Positions 1-9,560 of a DNA stretch of 64,000 nt are shown here, one piece after another. The position numbers and the translations under genes were made by a program. Every line of letters begins with the position of its first letter. Within the stretch, counting starts at the first letter, position 1. Below the pieces are notes generated by a model. It had not been told where the DNA came from. It worked only from the letters and a program-made list of their open reading frames with translations, and did not search any database. Origin of the DNA: Candidatus Terraquivivens tikiterensis (GTDB lineage Archaea > Thermoproteota > Nitrososphaeria_A > Caldarchaeales > Wolframiiraptoraceae); contig NDWU01000005.1 in assembly GCA_003056285.1 (NCBI GenBank), positions 4,873 to 68,872 on the forward strand. The letters are read 5' to 3'.

Positions 1-69
1 GTTTGGAGCGGTAATAAATAAGAAGCTTTTACAAAAACATGTAAAATTTATTCTCATATGAACATACTA

Positions 70-77
70 TTTATATG
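70..77 (+). promoter_or_regulatory. TATA-box-like element upstream of the ECF S-component gene
   Basis: TTTATATG AT box about 25-30 nt upstream of the ATG at 100. A GGAGGG ribosome-binding-like motif lies at 93-98. Assigned by position only. Confidence 0.3.
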
Positions 78-99
78 TTAGAGTAAAAAAACGGAGGGC

Positions 100-663
100 A
101 TGGAGCAAGAAGTCGTGAAGTACCAGAAACCCGACGCGTTGACGGCGATCGCCTACATAGTCATGGCCGGAGCGGTTACCGGCGTAGGTTTCCTGCTCAC
201 CGCTCCCATACCCCTAATCCCTGGTGCAATCCACTGGAGGGTCCTGGCATTCCTCCCATGCGTCTTCGGCGTGCTGTTCGGCCCAGTGGTAGGGTTCTTA
301 TCTGGCGCCATAGGCAACACCCTATGGGCGATACTGGGCGGCTACTTCAACCCGGCGACCCCGATCTTCGACTTAATCGGCGTAGGCTTAACCGGTCTTA
401 TACCCGGGCTATTCTGCAAACCCGAGGATGCGGCCGAGAGGAAAGGTGCAGCGAAAATAGCCGTAATATCGCTAATATCGGGAATAATCATGGTGCCCAT
501 AGTCGCAGTAGGCTTCGACTGGGTCGGAGTAGCACCCTTCGGACCAGCAGTTTTCATGCTGGCAGTAAGCGACCTACCGCCAATCCTTATCGGAACACCG
601 ATAGTCCTAAGGGCCATAGCCCCTCCGCTGGTTAGGAGGGGGCTTCTCAAATGGAGGCTCTAG
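100..663 (+). CDS. ECF-type transporter substrate-capture (S) membrane component
   Basis: 187-aa hydrophobic protein with about six predicted TM helices rich in Gly/Ala/Pro. It overlaps the start of the ECF ATPase gene by 13 nt and is co-oriented with EcfT. Confidence 0.55.
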   Translation: MEQEVVKYQKPDALTAIAYIVMAGAVTGVGFLLTAPIPLIPGAIHWRVLAFLPCVFGVLFGPVVGFLSGAIGNTLWAILGGYFNPATPIFDLIGVGLTGLIPGLFCKPEDAAERKGAAKIAVISLISGIIMVPIVAVGFDWVGVAPFGPAVFMLAVSDLPPILIGTPIVLRAIAPPLVRRGLLKWRL

Positions 664-2138
664 AATGCCCTGGCCTCAGGGCTGTCGCTCTCTCGTGCAG
701 GTACGGTAAGGAATGGGTATTCAAAGACCTTATTTTTTCTGTTAAACCCGGGGATGCCATCGGGATAGTGGGGCCGAGCGGTTCTGGAAAGACAACGCTC
801 GCCTACTGCTTAACTGGAATAATCCCCAAGTACATAAAGTGCGATTTGAGCGGGAGCGTTTACGTGGACGGAAAAAACGTATTGGAATTGGACGATAAGG
901 AAAGGCCAAAAATCGTAAACATCGTTCTGCAGAATTATGAGGTGCAAATATTCGGCTTGACCGTTGAAGAAGACCTTCTGTTCGTGCTCGAAAACCTTGG
1001 GTTGTACGATGAAAAAGAGATCGAGAATAGGCTAGAATGGATTTTAGAAAGCTTTGGTTTAAAGGAGTACAGAAAGTATCAGGTCAACGAGCTCTCGGGC
1101 GGTCTTCGGCAGAGGCTTGCCTTGGCATCGACCCTCCTGATGAGCCCCAAATACATCGTGATGGACGACCCTATGGCAAACCTCGATTGGCCTGGCATCA
1201 TCGGGCTGCGACGAACGCTCCAGATGCTGAAGGAAAGCGGTCATGGTTTGGTAGTGACTGCTAGGAGGCTTAAGGGTCTTGAGCCAGTAATCGACAGAAC
1301 GATCTTCTTGGGACGTATGCCAGCCCAACGGGGTACGCCAGATGGCACTACGGACGGAGGCTGTCCTACGTTCGATGGGGCCGAGCCGGTCATCAGGTTC
1401 GAGAAAGTTTGGTTCAGCTACGCTAAGAGGGCGGTTTTGAAGGGCGTCGATTTGAGCATAAGCCGCGGTCAGTGCGTGGTTCTGATGGGACCGAACGGTT
1501 CTGGAAAGACAACGCTAGCCAAACACGTTAACGGTTTGCTTAAACCTTCGAGCGGAAGGGTCCTGGTCCTCGGAAAGGATACTAAAACGCACGGACCGGC
1601 ACAGATGGCGAGGCACGTCGGGTTCGTATTTCAGGACCCGGACAAGCACATTACGCAAGAGACCGTATGGGACGAGGCGGTATTTGGCCCGAAAAATCTA
1701 GGCATAACTTACTCCTACGCCGAGGCTGCGCTGAGGATATTGGGGCTTGCCCATCGGAGAAACGACCCGCCTTACCGCTTAAGCACGGGCGAAAGGGTTA
1801 GGTTATCGATCGCAGGTAGCCTGGCCGTGGACCCGGAAATACTGATCCTTGATGAACCAACCACAGGACAGGATGAGGAAACACTATCGATCATTGGCTC
1901 AACGATAAAGGAGATGAAGCGGAAAGGAAAGAGCGTGCTCGTGATTACCCACGATAGCGATTTTGCCCTGAAGGTAGGCGATAGGGTCATCGTCATGTAC
2001 GATGGTGAAGTGGTGGCTGACGGCCAACCCAGTAGAATACTGTTTAACGAAGACCTGCTGGAGAGGTTTGACCTGGAACCCCCGTCAAGCATACTTCTCC
2101 AACAAACCAAGGCGGTTCCCGACCATGTTGAAGCTTGA
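651..2138 (+). CDS. ecfA: ECF transporter ATPase, fused EcfA-EcfA' with two ABC cassettes
   Basis: Two Walker A loops (GPSGSGKTT, GPNGSGKTT), two ABC signatures (LSGGLRQR, LSTGERVR) and two Walker B motifs (IVMDDP, LILDEP) in a 495-aa ORF. Confidence 0.85.
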   Translation: MEALECPGLRAVALSCRYGKEWVFKDLIFSVKPGDAIGIVGPSGSGKTTLAYCLTGIIPKYIKCDLSGSVYVDGKNVLELDDKERPKIVNIVLQNYEVQIFGLTVEEDLLFVLENLGLYDEKEIENRLEWILESFGLKEYRKYQVNELSGGLRQRLALASTLLMSPKYIVMDDPMANLDWPGIIGLRRTLQMLKESGHGLVVTARRLKGLEPVIDRTIFLGRMPAQRGTPDGTTDGGCPTFDGAEPVIRFEKVWFSYAKRAVLKGVDLSISRGQCVVLMGPNGSGKTTLAKHVNGLLKPSSGRVLVLGKDTKTHGPAQMARHVGFVFQDPDKHITQETVWDEAVFGPKNLGITYSYAEAALRILGLAHRRNDPPYRLSTGERVRLSIAGSLAVDPEILILDEPTTGQDEETLSIIGSTIKEMKRKGKSVLVITHDSDFALKVGDRVIVMYDGEVVADGQPSRILFNEDLLERFDLEPPSSILLQQTKAVPDHVEA

Positions 2139-2835
2139 TTGCAGAAGTAAATTGGTCTTTTTCTTCTCCATCATGGCTCTTACCTTCATCTGCAGGGACC
2201 TTTGGTGTATGCTTGCCATACTGGCCACAGCAGTCGCGATTGTGGCCATGAAAGATGCTCCCCTACTCGGCAGGAGCTTAAAGATGATGCTCCCTATGGC
2301 CGCCGTCGCCTTTATAACATGGTCCCTGCTCCATAACTGGTCGCTCTTCCAATCGGGTGGGGCTGGCTTAGACTGGCAACTCGGGGGATTCATGTCTATA
2401 AGGTTGCTCGCTGTTTTGATGGTATCTACTGGGTTCCTGGCGACTGTTAAGCCGGGGGAGCTGATGAAAGGGCTTTCGCTGTTTGGTATGCCATACGGGG
2501 TAGTATTCACAACAGGTCTGGCATTCAGGCACGTATACACCATAGCAGACGAGTACCGTGCCATCAAGGAGGCTCTCTCTTCGAGGGGTATGGAGTTCGA
2601 TAAAGGCTCCCTTATCAAGAGGATTAGGAACTACGCGTTTCTCTTGACCCCGCTGTTGGTAAAGAGCGTTGAGAACGCTGAGGGGCTCGTGCTCGCGATG
2701 AGGTTAAAGGCCTTCTCGCTCGATAGGAAGCGGAAGTGGAGGGAGAGGCTTGGCCCTATGGACGTCCTAGTCATCTCGTCTTCCATCATCCCGTTAACGG
2801 TCGCGATCCTACACTACTATGCAGGGGTTGTTTAG
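2125..2835 (+). CDS. ecfT: ECF transporter transmembrane (T) component, EcfT/CbiQ family
   Basis: ATG at 2125 was chosen because the ORF-track start at 2002 lies inside the ATPase gene. Multi-TM protein with a CbiQ-like cytoplasmic coupling segment (AFRHVYTIADEYRAIKEALSSRG). It overlaps the ATPase stop by 14 nt. Confidence 0.75.
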   Translation: MLKLDCRSKLVFFFSIMALTFICRDLWCMLAILATAVAIVAMKDAPLLGRSLKMMLPMAAVAFITWSLLHNWSLFQSGGAGLDWQLGGFMSIRLLAVLMVSTGFLATVKPGELMKGLSLFGMPYGVVFTTGLAFRHVYTIADEYRAIKEALSSRGMEFDKGSLIKRIRNYAFLLTPLLVKSVENAEGLVLAMRLKAFSLDRKRKWRERLGPMDVLVISSSIIPLTVAILHYYAGVV

Positions 2836-3450
2836 ATGCTAAAGAGGGTTGTGCCATATAAAGGAGAAAGCGCCTATAGGGTTAAAGTTGGCGAGCTCAC
2901 CAGGGAGCTTCCGATAGTCCAGGTTGATAAGGGGCTTTGGATAGCTTCTGATGCGGATCTGGTTTTGGGCGACGTCGAGTTCATCTCGCACGCTGCGGAG
3001 CTGGTCTCCAGAAAGATTAGGCATTTTAACCCGGAGGTGATAGTGGCGCCGGAAGCTAAAGCGTTGCCCCTTGCGTTCCAGGTCGCTAAAAACCTAGGGC
3101 ATAATAGGGTAGTCTTCGCAAGGAAAAGCATCAAGGCCTACATGTCGGATTACCTGCTTGCGGATGCGAAGTCGATTACGACTAGCGAAAAGCAGGTGCT
3201 GGTGTTGACTGGAAGGGATGCGGAGTATCTGAGGGGAAAAAGGGTCTGCCTTTTGGACGACGTAGTATCAACGGGAGGGACTTTGAAGGCCTTGGAAAGC
3301 ATAACGAGCAGGGCCGGCGGTAAGGTCGTATGTAAAGCATCCATATGGATAGAGGGGCCATGGTACGACGGTGAACTAGTATTCCTCGAGGAGCTGCCGG
3401 TATTTTTAAGCGAAGAAAAACTTAAGGATTTGGAGCGGGTTCTGGGCTAA
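2836..3450 (+). CDS. Type I phosphoribosyltransferase (purine/adenine PRT-like)
   Basis: PRPP-binding loop VCLLDDVVSTGGT. 204 aa. The start codon directly abuts the EcfT stop codon. Confidence 0.7.
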   Translation: MLKRVVPYKGESAYRVKVGELTRELPIVQVDKGLWIASDADLVLGDVEFISHAAELVSRKIRHFNPEVIVAPEAKALPLAFQVAKNLGHNRVVFARKSIKAYMSDYLLADAKSITTSEKQVLVLTGRDAEYLRGKRVCLLDDVVSTGGTLKALESITSRAGGKVVCKASIWIEGPWYDGELVFLEELPVFLSEEKLKDLERVLG

Positions 3451-3454
3451 GCAT

Positions 3455-3670
3455 GGATACGTATGGTTCCACGCTTAGCCTTGAGCCTCATCACCCTCAT
3501 CCCCCTCTGGGTTCATCGGAGGCGTTTCATCAGGCTTGGCTCCTTTCGGGTCGAACCCACCCCATACGTTCTCTCCCAAGCCCTTTCGAGCCAGGGGTCA
3601 TCCGTATGGGGGAAGTCCCCACATCTGAAGGTTCGCATCATCCATGTTGTCCGCGCTTAACGAAAAGAAA
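3455..3670. repeat. Diverged copy (E) of the TnpB-tail-containing non-coding repeat family
   Basis: Shares blocks with copies at 41300-41556 and 61645-61925, for example GCTTAGCC..CCTCATCA and CGAACCCACCCC followed by a TTTCG hairpin-like segment. The ORF-track ORFs here are Pro/Ser/His-rich and non-protein-like. Alignment was by eye only. Confidence 0.3.
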
Positions 3671-4069
3671 GAACCCTCATGTCTATTTAAGCCTATCTAT
3701 TCCGAAACTGCTGACAACGGCATTCACCAGGGAAGGAGCGAGGACCATACTTTCCGCTTTGCTCTAACTGGCTTCACGGACCTTCTCAGGCAGGAGCTTT
3801 ATGGAACGGGAGTGCGCGTCTTGGGAGTATACCCTGGGTACGTCGATACGCCCATGATAGAGAAGCTGAGGTTACCCGATAGTAGGGCAGCAAAGCCTAT
3901 ACTACCAGAACGGGTAGCGGCCGCTATACTCGATGCCGTAGAGAAAGGTAAGGCCGAAGTCATAATACCTAACCCGGTAGGCGTCAAGGCCTTCCTCATC
4001 CTGAACACGCTGTCCGCGAGCCTAGGCGACTGGTTCGTGAAGAAGTATAACCTCTCTGGAGAATTTTAA
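3644..4069 (+). pseudogene. Short-chain dehydrogenase/reductase, C-terminal fragment only
   Basis: From about 3745 the ORF reads like the C-terminal half of an SDR (FALTGFTDLLRQELYGTGVRVLGVYPGYVDTPM). There is no Rossmann TGxxxGxG N-terminus, and the 5' part of the ORF is repeat-derived. Confidence 0.6.
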
Positions 4070-4239
4070 CACCATGAGCGGAAATCCCAAACCATCCATG
4101 CGTCAGATGAGAGCTAACAAATGTATATTGCGTGAGCGGACAACGATAATCATACAAAAATAGACGAGGGATGGGTTGAAAAAACTTAGAATCGCTAAAA
4201 CAGAGCATGAAGGAAGGTTACTTGAAACCTTTAGCTTTG

Positions 4240-4359
4240 CATGCATGATAAGAAGGAGGACAGGCCTGATCCGCCTGCTTATGTGGAACCTCTACTGGTA
4301 GAAAAACCAACCCGTCTTTGAGGCAGGGAGCCCGCTGGCTTAAGCCATGGGTAGCTCAC
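4240..4359 (+). mobile_element. Orphan IS200/IS605 right-end / TnpB 3'-tail remnant
   Basis: Tail-like sequence with a GGCTTAAGCC mini-palindrome. It ends in GGGTAGCTCAC, the same terminus as the remnants at 16014-16024 (reverse complement), 19289-19301 and the TnpB element ending at 53590. No TnpB ORF is attached. Confidence 0.5.
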
Positions 4360-5120
4360 GCATCTAAGATCCTGTAGCTCACCCTGAAACCGTTGCTAAC
4401 CTTTTCAACAGAATCGATCTTTAGGCGTCCAACCTCGGACGTGCACCTCACGTGCGTTCCGCCACAGGGTATCGCGTTTATCCCCTCTATCACTATTATC
4501 CTGTAAACGTCCAAACGGGGTAGCCGACCAAGGTTGGGTGCGCCGAAGACCTTCTTGCCCAATTCGTTGGCACCAACGTACTCTGCATAGACGGGTTTGT
4601 TCAACGCTACAACCTCGTTGGCTACGCTCTCTATCATTTCCCTTAAATCTCCCGAGTACTCGCCAAAGTATTCTTGAAAACCGTACCCTACATCGTGCAT
4701 GGCCGACTGGGACTGGAAAGCTCTTCCGTAAACCTTTACGACCGCGTAATCGACTATATGTCCAGCCGTATGCGTCCTCATTATCTTGTACCTTCTTTCC
4801 CAGTCGAGCCGCATCTTTACGCCCATCCCTTCTTCAAAACCCTCGCCGCTTATCTCGCCGTAATGTACGATGACGCCTCTGTACTCCATGACCTTGCTTA
4901 CCGTGAAAGTCGTGCCGACGGACTCTAAAACACCTCGGTCTGACGGTTGGGCTCCGGATTTTGGGTGCATTATCGTTTCCCTAAGGACGAGGTAACCCTT
5001 TCTTCCCGTCTCCCTTATCCAGCGCAAAACCTGAGACTCTGCCTCTCTCTTATAAGAATCTTCAAGGTAAAGCTTTCCGGTCTCGGGAAGGCCTTCAACG
5101 ACTTCGGCCAAGCTTACCAT
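4356..5120 (-). CDS. alaX: Alanyl-tRNA editing protein AlaX (AlaX-M type)
   Basis: HTAGH and CGGTH zinc motifs of the Ala/Thr-tRNA synthetase second additional (editing) domain. 254 aa. Confidence 0.85.
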   Translation of the reverse strand: MVSLAEVVEGLPETGKLYLEDSYKREAESQVLRWIRETGRKGYLVLRETIMHPKSGAQPSDRGVLESVGTTFTVSKVMEYRGVIVHYGEISGEGFEEGMGVKMRLDWERRYKIMRTHTAGHIVDYAVVKVYGRAFQSQSAMHDVGYGFQEYFGEYSGDLREMIESVANEVVALNKPVYAEYVGANELGKKVFGAPNLGRLPRLDVYRIIVIEGINAIPCGGTHVRCTSEVGRLKIDSVEKVSNGFRVSYRILDA

Positions 5121-5198
5121 TCCTTAACATCCCTTTTCCACTTCGAAAGCAGAGCTATAAACGTTTAATGCGGCTTTATTAACCCAAGATAGGGAAGA

Positions 5199-5861
5199 AT
5201 GGCGAGGGTTCCTACAGGTCTGCCAAGGCTTGACATAAACATAGGCGGCTACGTAGGCGGTATGCTCTACTTCATCTACGGCGATGAAAAAAGCGGCAAA
5301 ACGAGCCTTGCACTCCTAGCCGCCGTAAACGCTATCAAGCTGGGTGGCAAGGTTATATGGGTAGACTGTGGACAAAGGATGCATGTTAAAAGGCTCTCGC
5401 AGGTTCTGTCTACGAACAAAGCCGATGCCTCCAGGTTCATCCTCATGTCCGCAAAGAGTTTTGACGAGCAAGAGGCGTCCGTCGTAAGCCTGCTCGATGG
5501 TACGCCTCCATGTACTAGGTTGCTCGTGCTCGACGATTATACTTACCTCCATCGGATAGAGATGAAGGGTGAGGTGAAAGAGGATGCGCCTATACTCAAG
5601 AGGTTAGCGTTTCAGACTGCCTCGCTGAAGGAAGTTGCGATCACGAACGACGTACCGGCAATCGTCGTGGGACAGGTGCACGACGTCCCTGGCTTGGGCA
5701 TGAAGCCCGTGGCGTCTAGGATAGTTGGTTACTGGTCTGACGTCGTAATCAGGCTCGAGAATGCTCCAGCAAGCCTCAAGCTTCTGGTACTCGAGAAGGG
5801 CGGCATGCCCATCCAGCAAAGGTTTAGGATAACGGATGCTGGCGTTGAGGCAGTCGAATAA
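5199..5861 (+). CDS. RecA-superfamily ATPase, RadA paralog (RadB/aRadC-like)
   Basis: Walker A GDEKSGKTS and Walker B LLVLDD. 220-aa single RecA-fold protein without an HhH N-domain. Confidence 0.6.
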   Translation: MARVPTGLPRLDINIGGYVGGMLYFIYGDEKSGKTSLALLAAVNAIKLGGKVIWVDCGQRMHVKRLSQVLSTNKADASRFILMSAKSFDEQEASVVSLLDGTPPCTRLLVLDDYTYLHRIEMKGEVKEDAPILKRLAFQTASLKEVAITNDVPAIVVGQVHDVPGLGMKPVASRIVGYWSDVVIRLENAPASLKLLVLEKGGMPIQQRFRITDAGVEAVE

Positions 5862-5862
5862 A

Positions 5863-6267
5863 TCATCCGACTTTTGCTTGTAAGGCCAACAGGATTCCGA
5901 CGAACGCTATCAACAGTAGGATGGAGCTGAAGACGTACATGTACTTTACCCTCTTGCTCAGGAACCTTTCCCTCCCGGCCATGATGTAGAGCAGTACGCC
6001 GACGAAGGCCATGAGATAGTACGTGAACATGACGAATAACTCTCCGGATGTCTGCATCATGAAGTCTGGGATGAAAACATGGGCTACACCTCCTATGAAT
6101 ATCACGGCTACGGTCGGGTTCGATACGCAGTATAGAAGGCCACCCATGAGGAGGATAACGAAAAGCACAACGACCAACGGGATGCCTATCCCGAACTGTC
6201 TAGAAGAAACTACTTTGCCGAACGATTTAGCAATACGGTCGTAAAGCTCCTCCAGCTTCCTTTCCAT
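5863..6267 (-). CDS. Hypothetical integral membrane protein
   Basis: 134 aa with four predicted TM helices. Its stop lies 2 nt from the convergent RadA-paralog stop. No recognisable motif. Confidence 0.4.
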   Translation of the reverse strand: MERKLEELYDRIAKSFGKVVSSRQFGIGIPLVVVLFVILLMGGLLYCVSNPTVAVIFIGGVAHVFIPDFMMQTSGELFVMFTYYLMAFVGVLLYIMAGRERFLSKRVKYMYVFSSILLLIAFVGILLALQAKVG

Positions 6268-6390
6268 TCTACAGCACCGTTCGGGTGTAGCGTATGTTAG
6301 GCGATGCGGTCGGCTTTAAAGTTTCTTAAGCTGGAATAAATGGTCTAAAAGCGCAAACTTAAAGCTATATAAGCCCGTCGACGCACCTTT

Positions 6391-6579
6391 TTGGCAAGCA
6401 GCTCGGTGGTCGGCTTGCTGGTTGTGGTGTGCGGGCACTGCGGCTACGTTTTGTACGAGGGTAACGAGTTAAAGACGCTTAACGAAATACTCAGGGAGTA
6501 CGCCGGCGTTTGCCCAAATTGCAAGAAGTCTCTTAAGCCAGTCACGCAAAGCGTTAAGATCTTAGAGGAGGAAGGGTGA
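6391..6579 (+). CDS. Small zinc-ribbon protein
   Basis: 62 aa with CGHCG...CPNCK (CxxC x2). It ends 4 nt before aglB. The start codon is non-ATG and uncertain. Confidence 0.4.
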   Translation: MASSSVVGLLVVVCGHCGYVLYEGNELKTLNEILREYAGVCPNCKKSLKPVTQSVKILEEEG

Positions 6580-6583
6580 GTTT

Positions 6584-8671
6584 ATGGAGATCAAAAGCCG
6601 CCTTCGCCTATTTTTTAGGTCTAGGCCTGCCGTACTAGAGATTTCGGCACTTATGTCCATCTTAGCAATCGCCGTCCTCATAAGGTTGTTGCCGGTCAGA
6701 TGGGGTGCCCTCCTGTCGGAGTTTGACCCGTGGATGCAGTTCCGTCAGGCCGAATTTATCGTCGAGAGGGGGTGGTCGGGTTTCAGGGAGTACTTCTCTT
6801 GGATAGATACGAAGCGTTGGTATCCCTATGGCCAGTTCGTGAGCAGGACCTTTTACCCAGGGCTTGCCTTCGCTCTTGCCTTCATCTACCTATCCCTATC
6901 ATCAATCGGCTTGCACCTCGACCTCTTAGAGCTGGCCGTCGTCTTTCCTGTATTAATGTCCGTGGTGGCTGTGCTAGCGGTTTATTTCTTGGGAAAGGAG
7001 GTCGGCGGTAAGTCGGCCGGATTGCTGGCAGCGTTTGCGTTGGCTGTAAGCAGCGCAAACATAAGCAGGACGCATGCAGGCTGGTTCGACGACGAGAGCA
7101 TCTCCATACCGCTCATGCTGCTAAGCTTTCTCATGTATATTTACGCCATTAAGAAGGGAAGGGAACTTAAACACGTGGTCGTTTATTCCGTCCTATCGGG
7201 TTTCTTCCTTGGATACGTCGCTACGTGTTGGGGTGCCCACAGATTCCCGTTCATGTTTATACAGCTCATAACGTTGCTGCTCTCGTTCATAGGAAGGTAC
7301 AGGAGGGAGATCCTGGTATCCTATTCGATAACGTTCGGGCTATCGTCGGCTATTGCCACGAGCGTCCCAAAACTCGGCGGCGTGGCGTACGTATACGACT
7401 TGACGATAGCGAGCGGGCTGATGGTCCTAGGCCTGCTCGTGGTTTTTGAGCTATCGAGCAACCTCGCCAGCAAATTCCTAAGAAGCTTCGTACCGAGAAT
7501 CACGACGGTAGCTTTGTTGGCATCGATAGGTATCGTGGCTTCCCTCCCAACCACAAAATTCCTTTCGACGCTATTGCCTGGCATAAGGAGCGAGCTATCC
7601 ATCCTGATATCCGTAGCCGAGAACCAGGTAAGCACTTGGGCAACGGTATTCAGCGATTTGGGATTCTTCCTGGTATTCGTTCCCGCTGGGATCTTTTACA
7701 TGCTAAGAGAAGGGACTGACGAGTCGATATTCATCTCCGCCCTTACCGTCTTGGGCATATACTTTGCAGCATCCATGGTAAGGCTTGCCGCGCTCGCTGC
7801 ACCGTTCGTCGCCATATCCTCTGGATATGCTATCAGTAAGGTATTCGACTCGCTCGGGGGCGTTATAGCAAGCAGGGCTGAAAAGCGGAAGGGCGAAAGG
7901 GTTCCGATAGAGTACGCGATCGTTACGCCAATACTCGTCGTGCTGCTGCTGGCGCTTCCGCTCTCGCCCTCTTTCCTCGTTGGAAGAAGCTTTCCGAGAT
8001 TATCTCCCATAGACCAGGCATACGTCCCTCCGACGGTGGTACAGAGCACTTTGCCCGTTGCGGCAAGCATACCGGATTGGGTAAACGCCCTATCGTGGAT
8101 GAGGGATAACCTTCCGGAGAAAGCAGTCGTCGCCGCGTGGTGGGACTACGGCTACTGGATAACTATGATGGGGAACAAAACGACGCTTGCCGACAACTCC
8201 ACAACGAACAGCACGCAGATTGGCGTAATCGCCCTTGCGTTCATGTCGCCGCCCGAGAAGGCCTACCAGATACTTAGGCAGCACGGCGTGACGCACGTCG
8301 TAATATTCGTAACGCATGAGGTTAGCTTTTACGCTGGTAAGTATTTGCCAAGGTTGCTTGGTTACGGAGATGAGGGAAAATGGGTCTGGATGCTGAAGAT
8401 AGCAAACCAAGAGGCACAAAGGCTCGGCGTGCAGCCCATGAACGAAAGGGACTACTACGACCCAACGAAACCCTTGACAGAGGGCGCTACGGAGAAGTTC
8501 TGGAAGGAGACGCTGCTCGGCCAACTAATACCCTATAAGCCTAGTACTCAGGATGGGAACGTCGTACACTATTACGAGGAGCCCAAAGTGAATGGGTTTA
8601 AGCTTGTTTACTCTTCTAGCCCTCCGTACAGGAGTTATGCGTACGTGTACGTTTACGAGCTCACAGGTTGA
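6584..8671 (+). CDS. aglB: Archaeal oligosaccharyltransferase AglB (STT3 family)
   Basis: 695 aa with a multi-TM N-terminal domain and the catalytic WWDYGYW (WWDYG) motif in the C-terminal soluble domain. Confidence 0.9.
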   Translation: MEIKSRLRLFFRSRPAVLEISALMSILAIAVLIRLLPVRWGALLSEFDPWMQFRQAEFIVERGWSGFREYFSWIDTKRWYPYGQFVSRTFYPGLAFALAFIYLSLSSIGLHLDLLELAVVFPVLMSVVAVLAVYFLGKEVGGKSAGLLAAFALAVSSANISRTHAGWFDDESISIPLMLLSFLMYIYAIKKGRELKHVVVYSVLSGFFLGYVATCWGAHRFPFMFIQLITLLLSFIGRYRREILVSYSITFGLSSAIATSVPKLGGVAYVYDLTIASGLMVLGLLVVFELSSNLASKFLRSFVPRITTVALLASIGIVASLPTTKFLSTLLPGIRSELSILISVAENQVSTWATVFSDLGFFLVFVPAGIFYMLREGTDESIFISALTVLGIYFAASMVRLAALAAPFVAISSGYAISKVFDSLGGVIASRAEKRKGERVPIEYAIVTPILVVLLLALPLSPSFLVGRSFPRLSPIDQAYVPPTVVQSTLPVAASIPDWVNALSWMRDNLPEKAVVAAWWDYGYWITMMGNKTTLADNSTTNSTQIGVIALAFMSPPEKAYQILRQHGVTHVVIFVTHEVSFYAGKYLPRLLGYGDEGKWVWMLKIANQEAQRLGVQPMNERDYYDPTKPLTEGATEKFWKETLLGQLIPYKPSTQDGNVVHYYEEPKVNGFKLVYSSSPPYRSYAYVYVYELTG

Positions 8672-8717
8672 GGGGGATAAGCTTAATTACCGATTTGGCC
8701 GTCATACGTTTTGGGTT

Positions 8718-9560
8718 ATGTCGAGCGGAGCAAAAAAAGCTGTAAAGATGGATGCGCGGTATCGGTTTTTGGCGAGGTTAATCCTAGGGCTGTTCATAGT
8801 GTTCGCAGTATGGCTGGTATCCGGCACCTTAGCAGCGGCTGCAGGCATTCCGAACCTAGCAGCGAAGGAAGCCGGACTCGACTGCCTCTGCAGTCCAGTT
8901 CTCGTCACCCTTTTTGGGTACTATGCTAAGGTCGGAGGCCTGGAAGTTAATTTAAGCTTTTTGGTCCCGGCGCTGCTCTTCGGTATGCTGCTGCTTTTAC
9001 TATATGCCTCCCGTAAGGAGGCCTTTCAAGCCAGAATAAAACAGACTGTGGCTATATCGCTGCTCATCTCAATCATAGGTATTGTCGGGGTGGTTTCGAC
9101 AGCATACGTCGGCGGAGAACTGTCCCCCTATATCCAGACCCCAAAACCCTTGCATCTCCAAATAGAGTTTGAGCTTCTAAACGGCGAGGTGGTTACGTTA
9201 GCAGACTTCAGGGGCAAGCCGTTGCTTTTGGAGCTTATGTCACCCTGGTGCAAATATTGTAGCATGGAGGTTAACGAGCTACGAAAAATTACGGAAAAGT
9301 ACGGCGGTGCGCTTAACGTACTCTCTGTGTGCGCAGACAGCAGGGCAACCGTTAAGGATGTTGCTATTTTCAACGAGGCTCATGGCGTTTCTTGGCAGAC
9401 AGGGATAGACCCTACGGGCAGGCTCATGGATGCATTTGGGGCACCTGGGTATCCGTACTTGGTGTTGCTCGATAAAGAGGGGAACGTCGTCAAGGTCTTC
9501 AAAGGCTTAACGAAGGCAGAAACGATTGAAGCTTATGCCGATGAGGTTGTCAGTCGGTAA
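8718..9560 (+). CDS. Membrane-anchored thioredoxin-fold protein (TlpA/redoxin-like)
   Basis: N-terminal TM helices followed by a thioredoxin fold with WCKYC (CxxC). ATG 8718 was chosen because ORF-track start 8592 lies inside aglB. Confidence 0.7.
   Translation: MSSGAKKAVKMDARYRFLARLILGLFIVFAVWLVSGTLAAAAGIPNLAAKEAGLDCLCSPVLVTLFGYYAKVGGLEVNLSFLVPALLFGMLLLLLYASRKEAFQARIKQTVAISLLISIIGIVGVVSTAYVGGELSPYIQTPKPLHLQIEFELLNGEVVTLADFRGKPLLLELMSPWCKYCSMEVNELRKITEKYGGALNVLSVCADSRATVKDVAIFNEAHGVSWQTGIDPTGRLMDAFGAPGYPYLVLLDKEGNVVKVFKGLTKAETIEAYADEVVSR

Noticed and set aside
2002-2124. N-terminal extensions offered by the ORF track (2002 for EcfT, 8592 for the redoxin, 61936 for AcnX-S, 12291 for the LLM gene)
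   Set aside because: The extensions lie inside the preceding gene or in repeat or intergenic sequence and add non-homologous residues. Internal ATG codons give family-typical N-termini.
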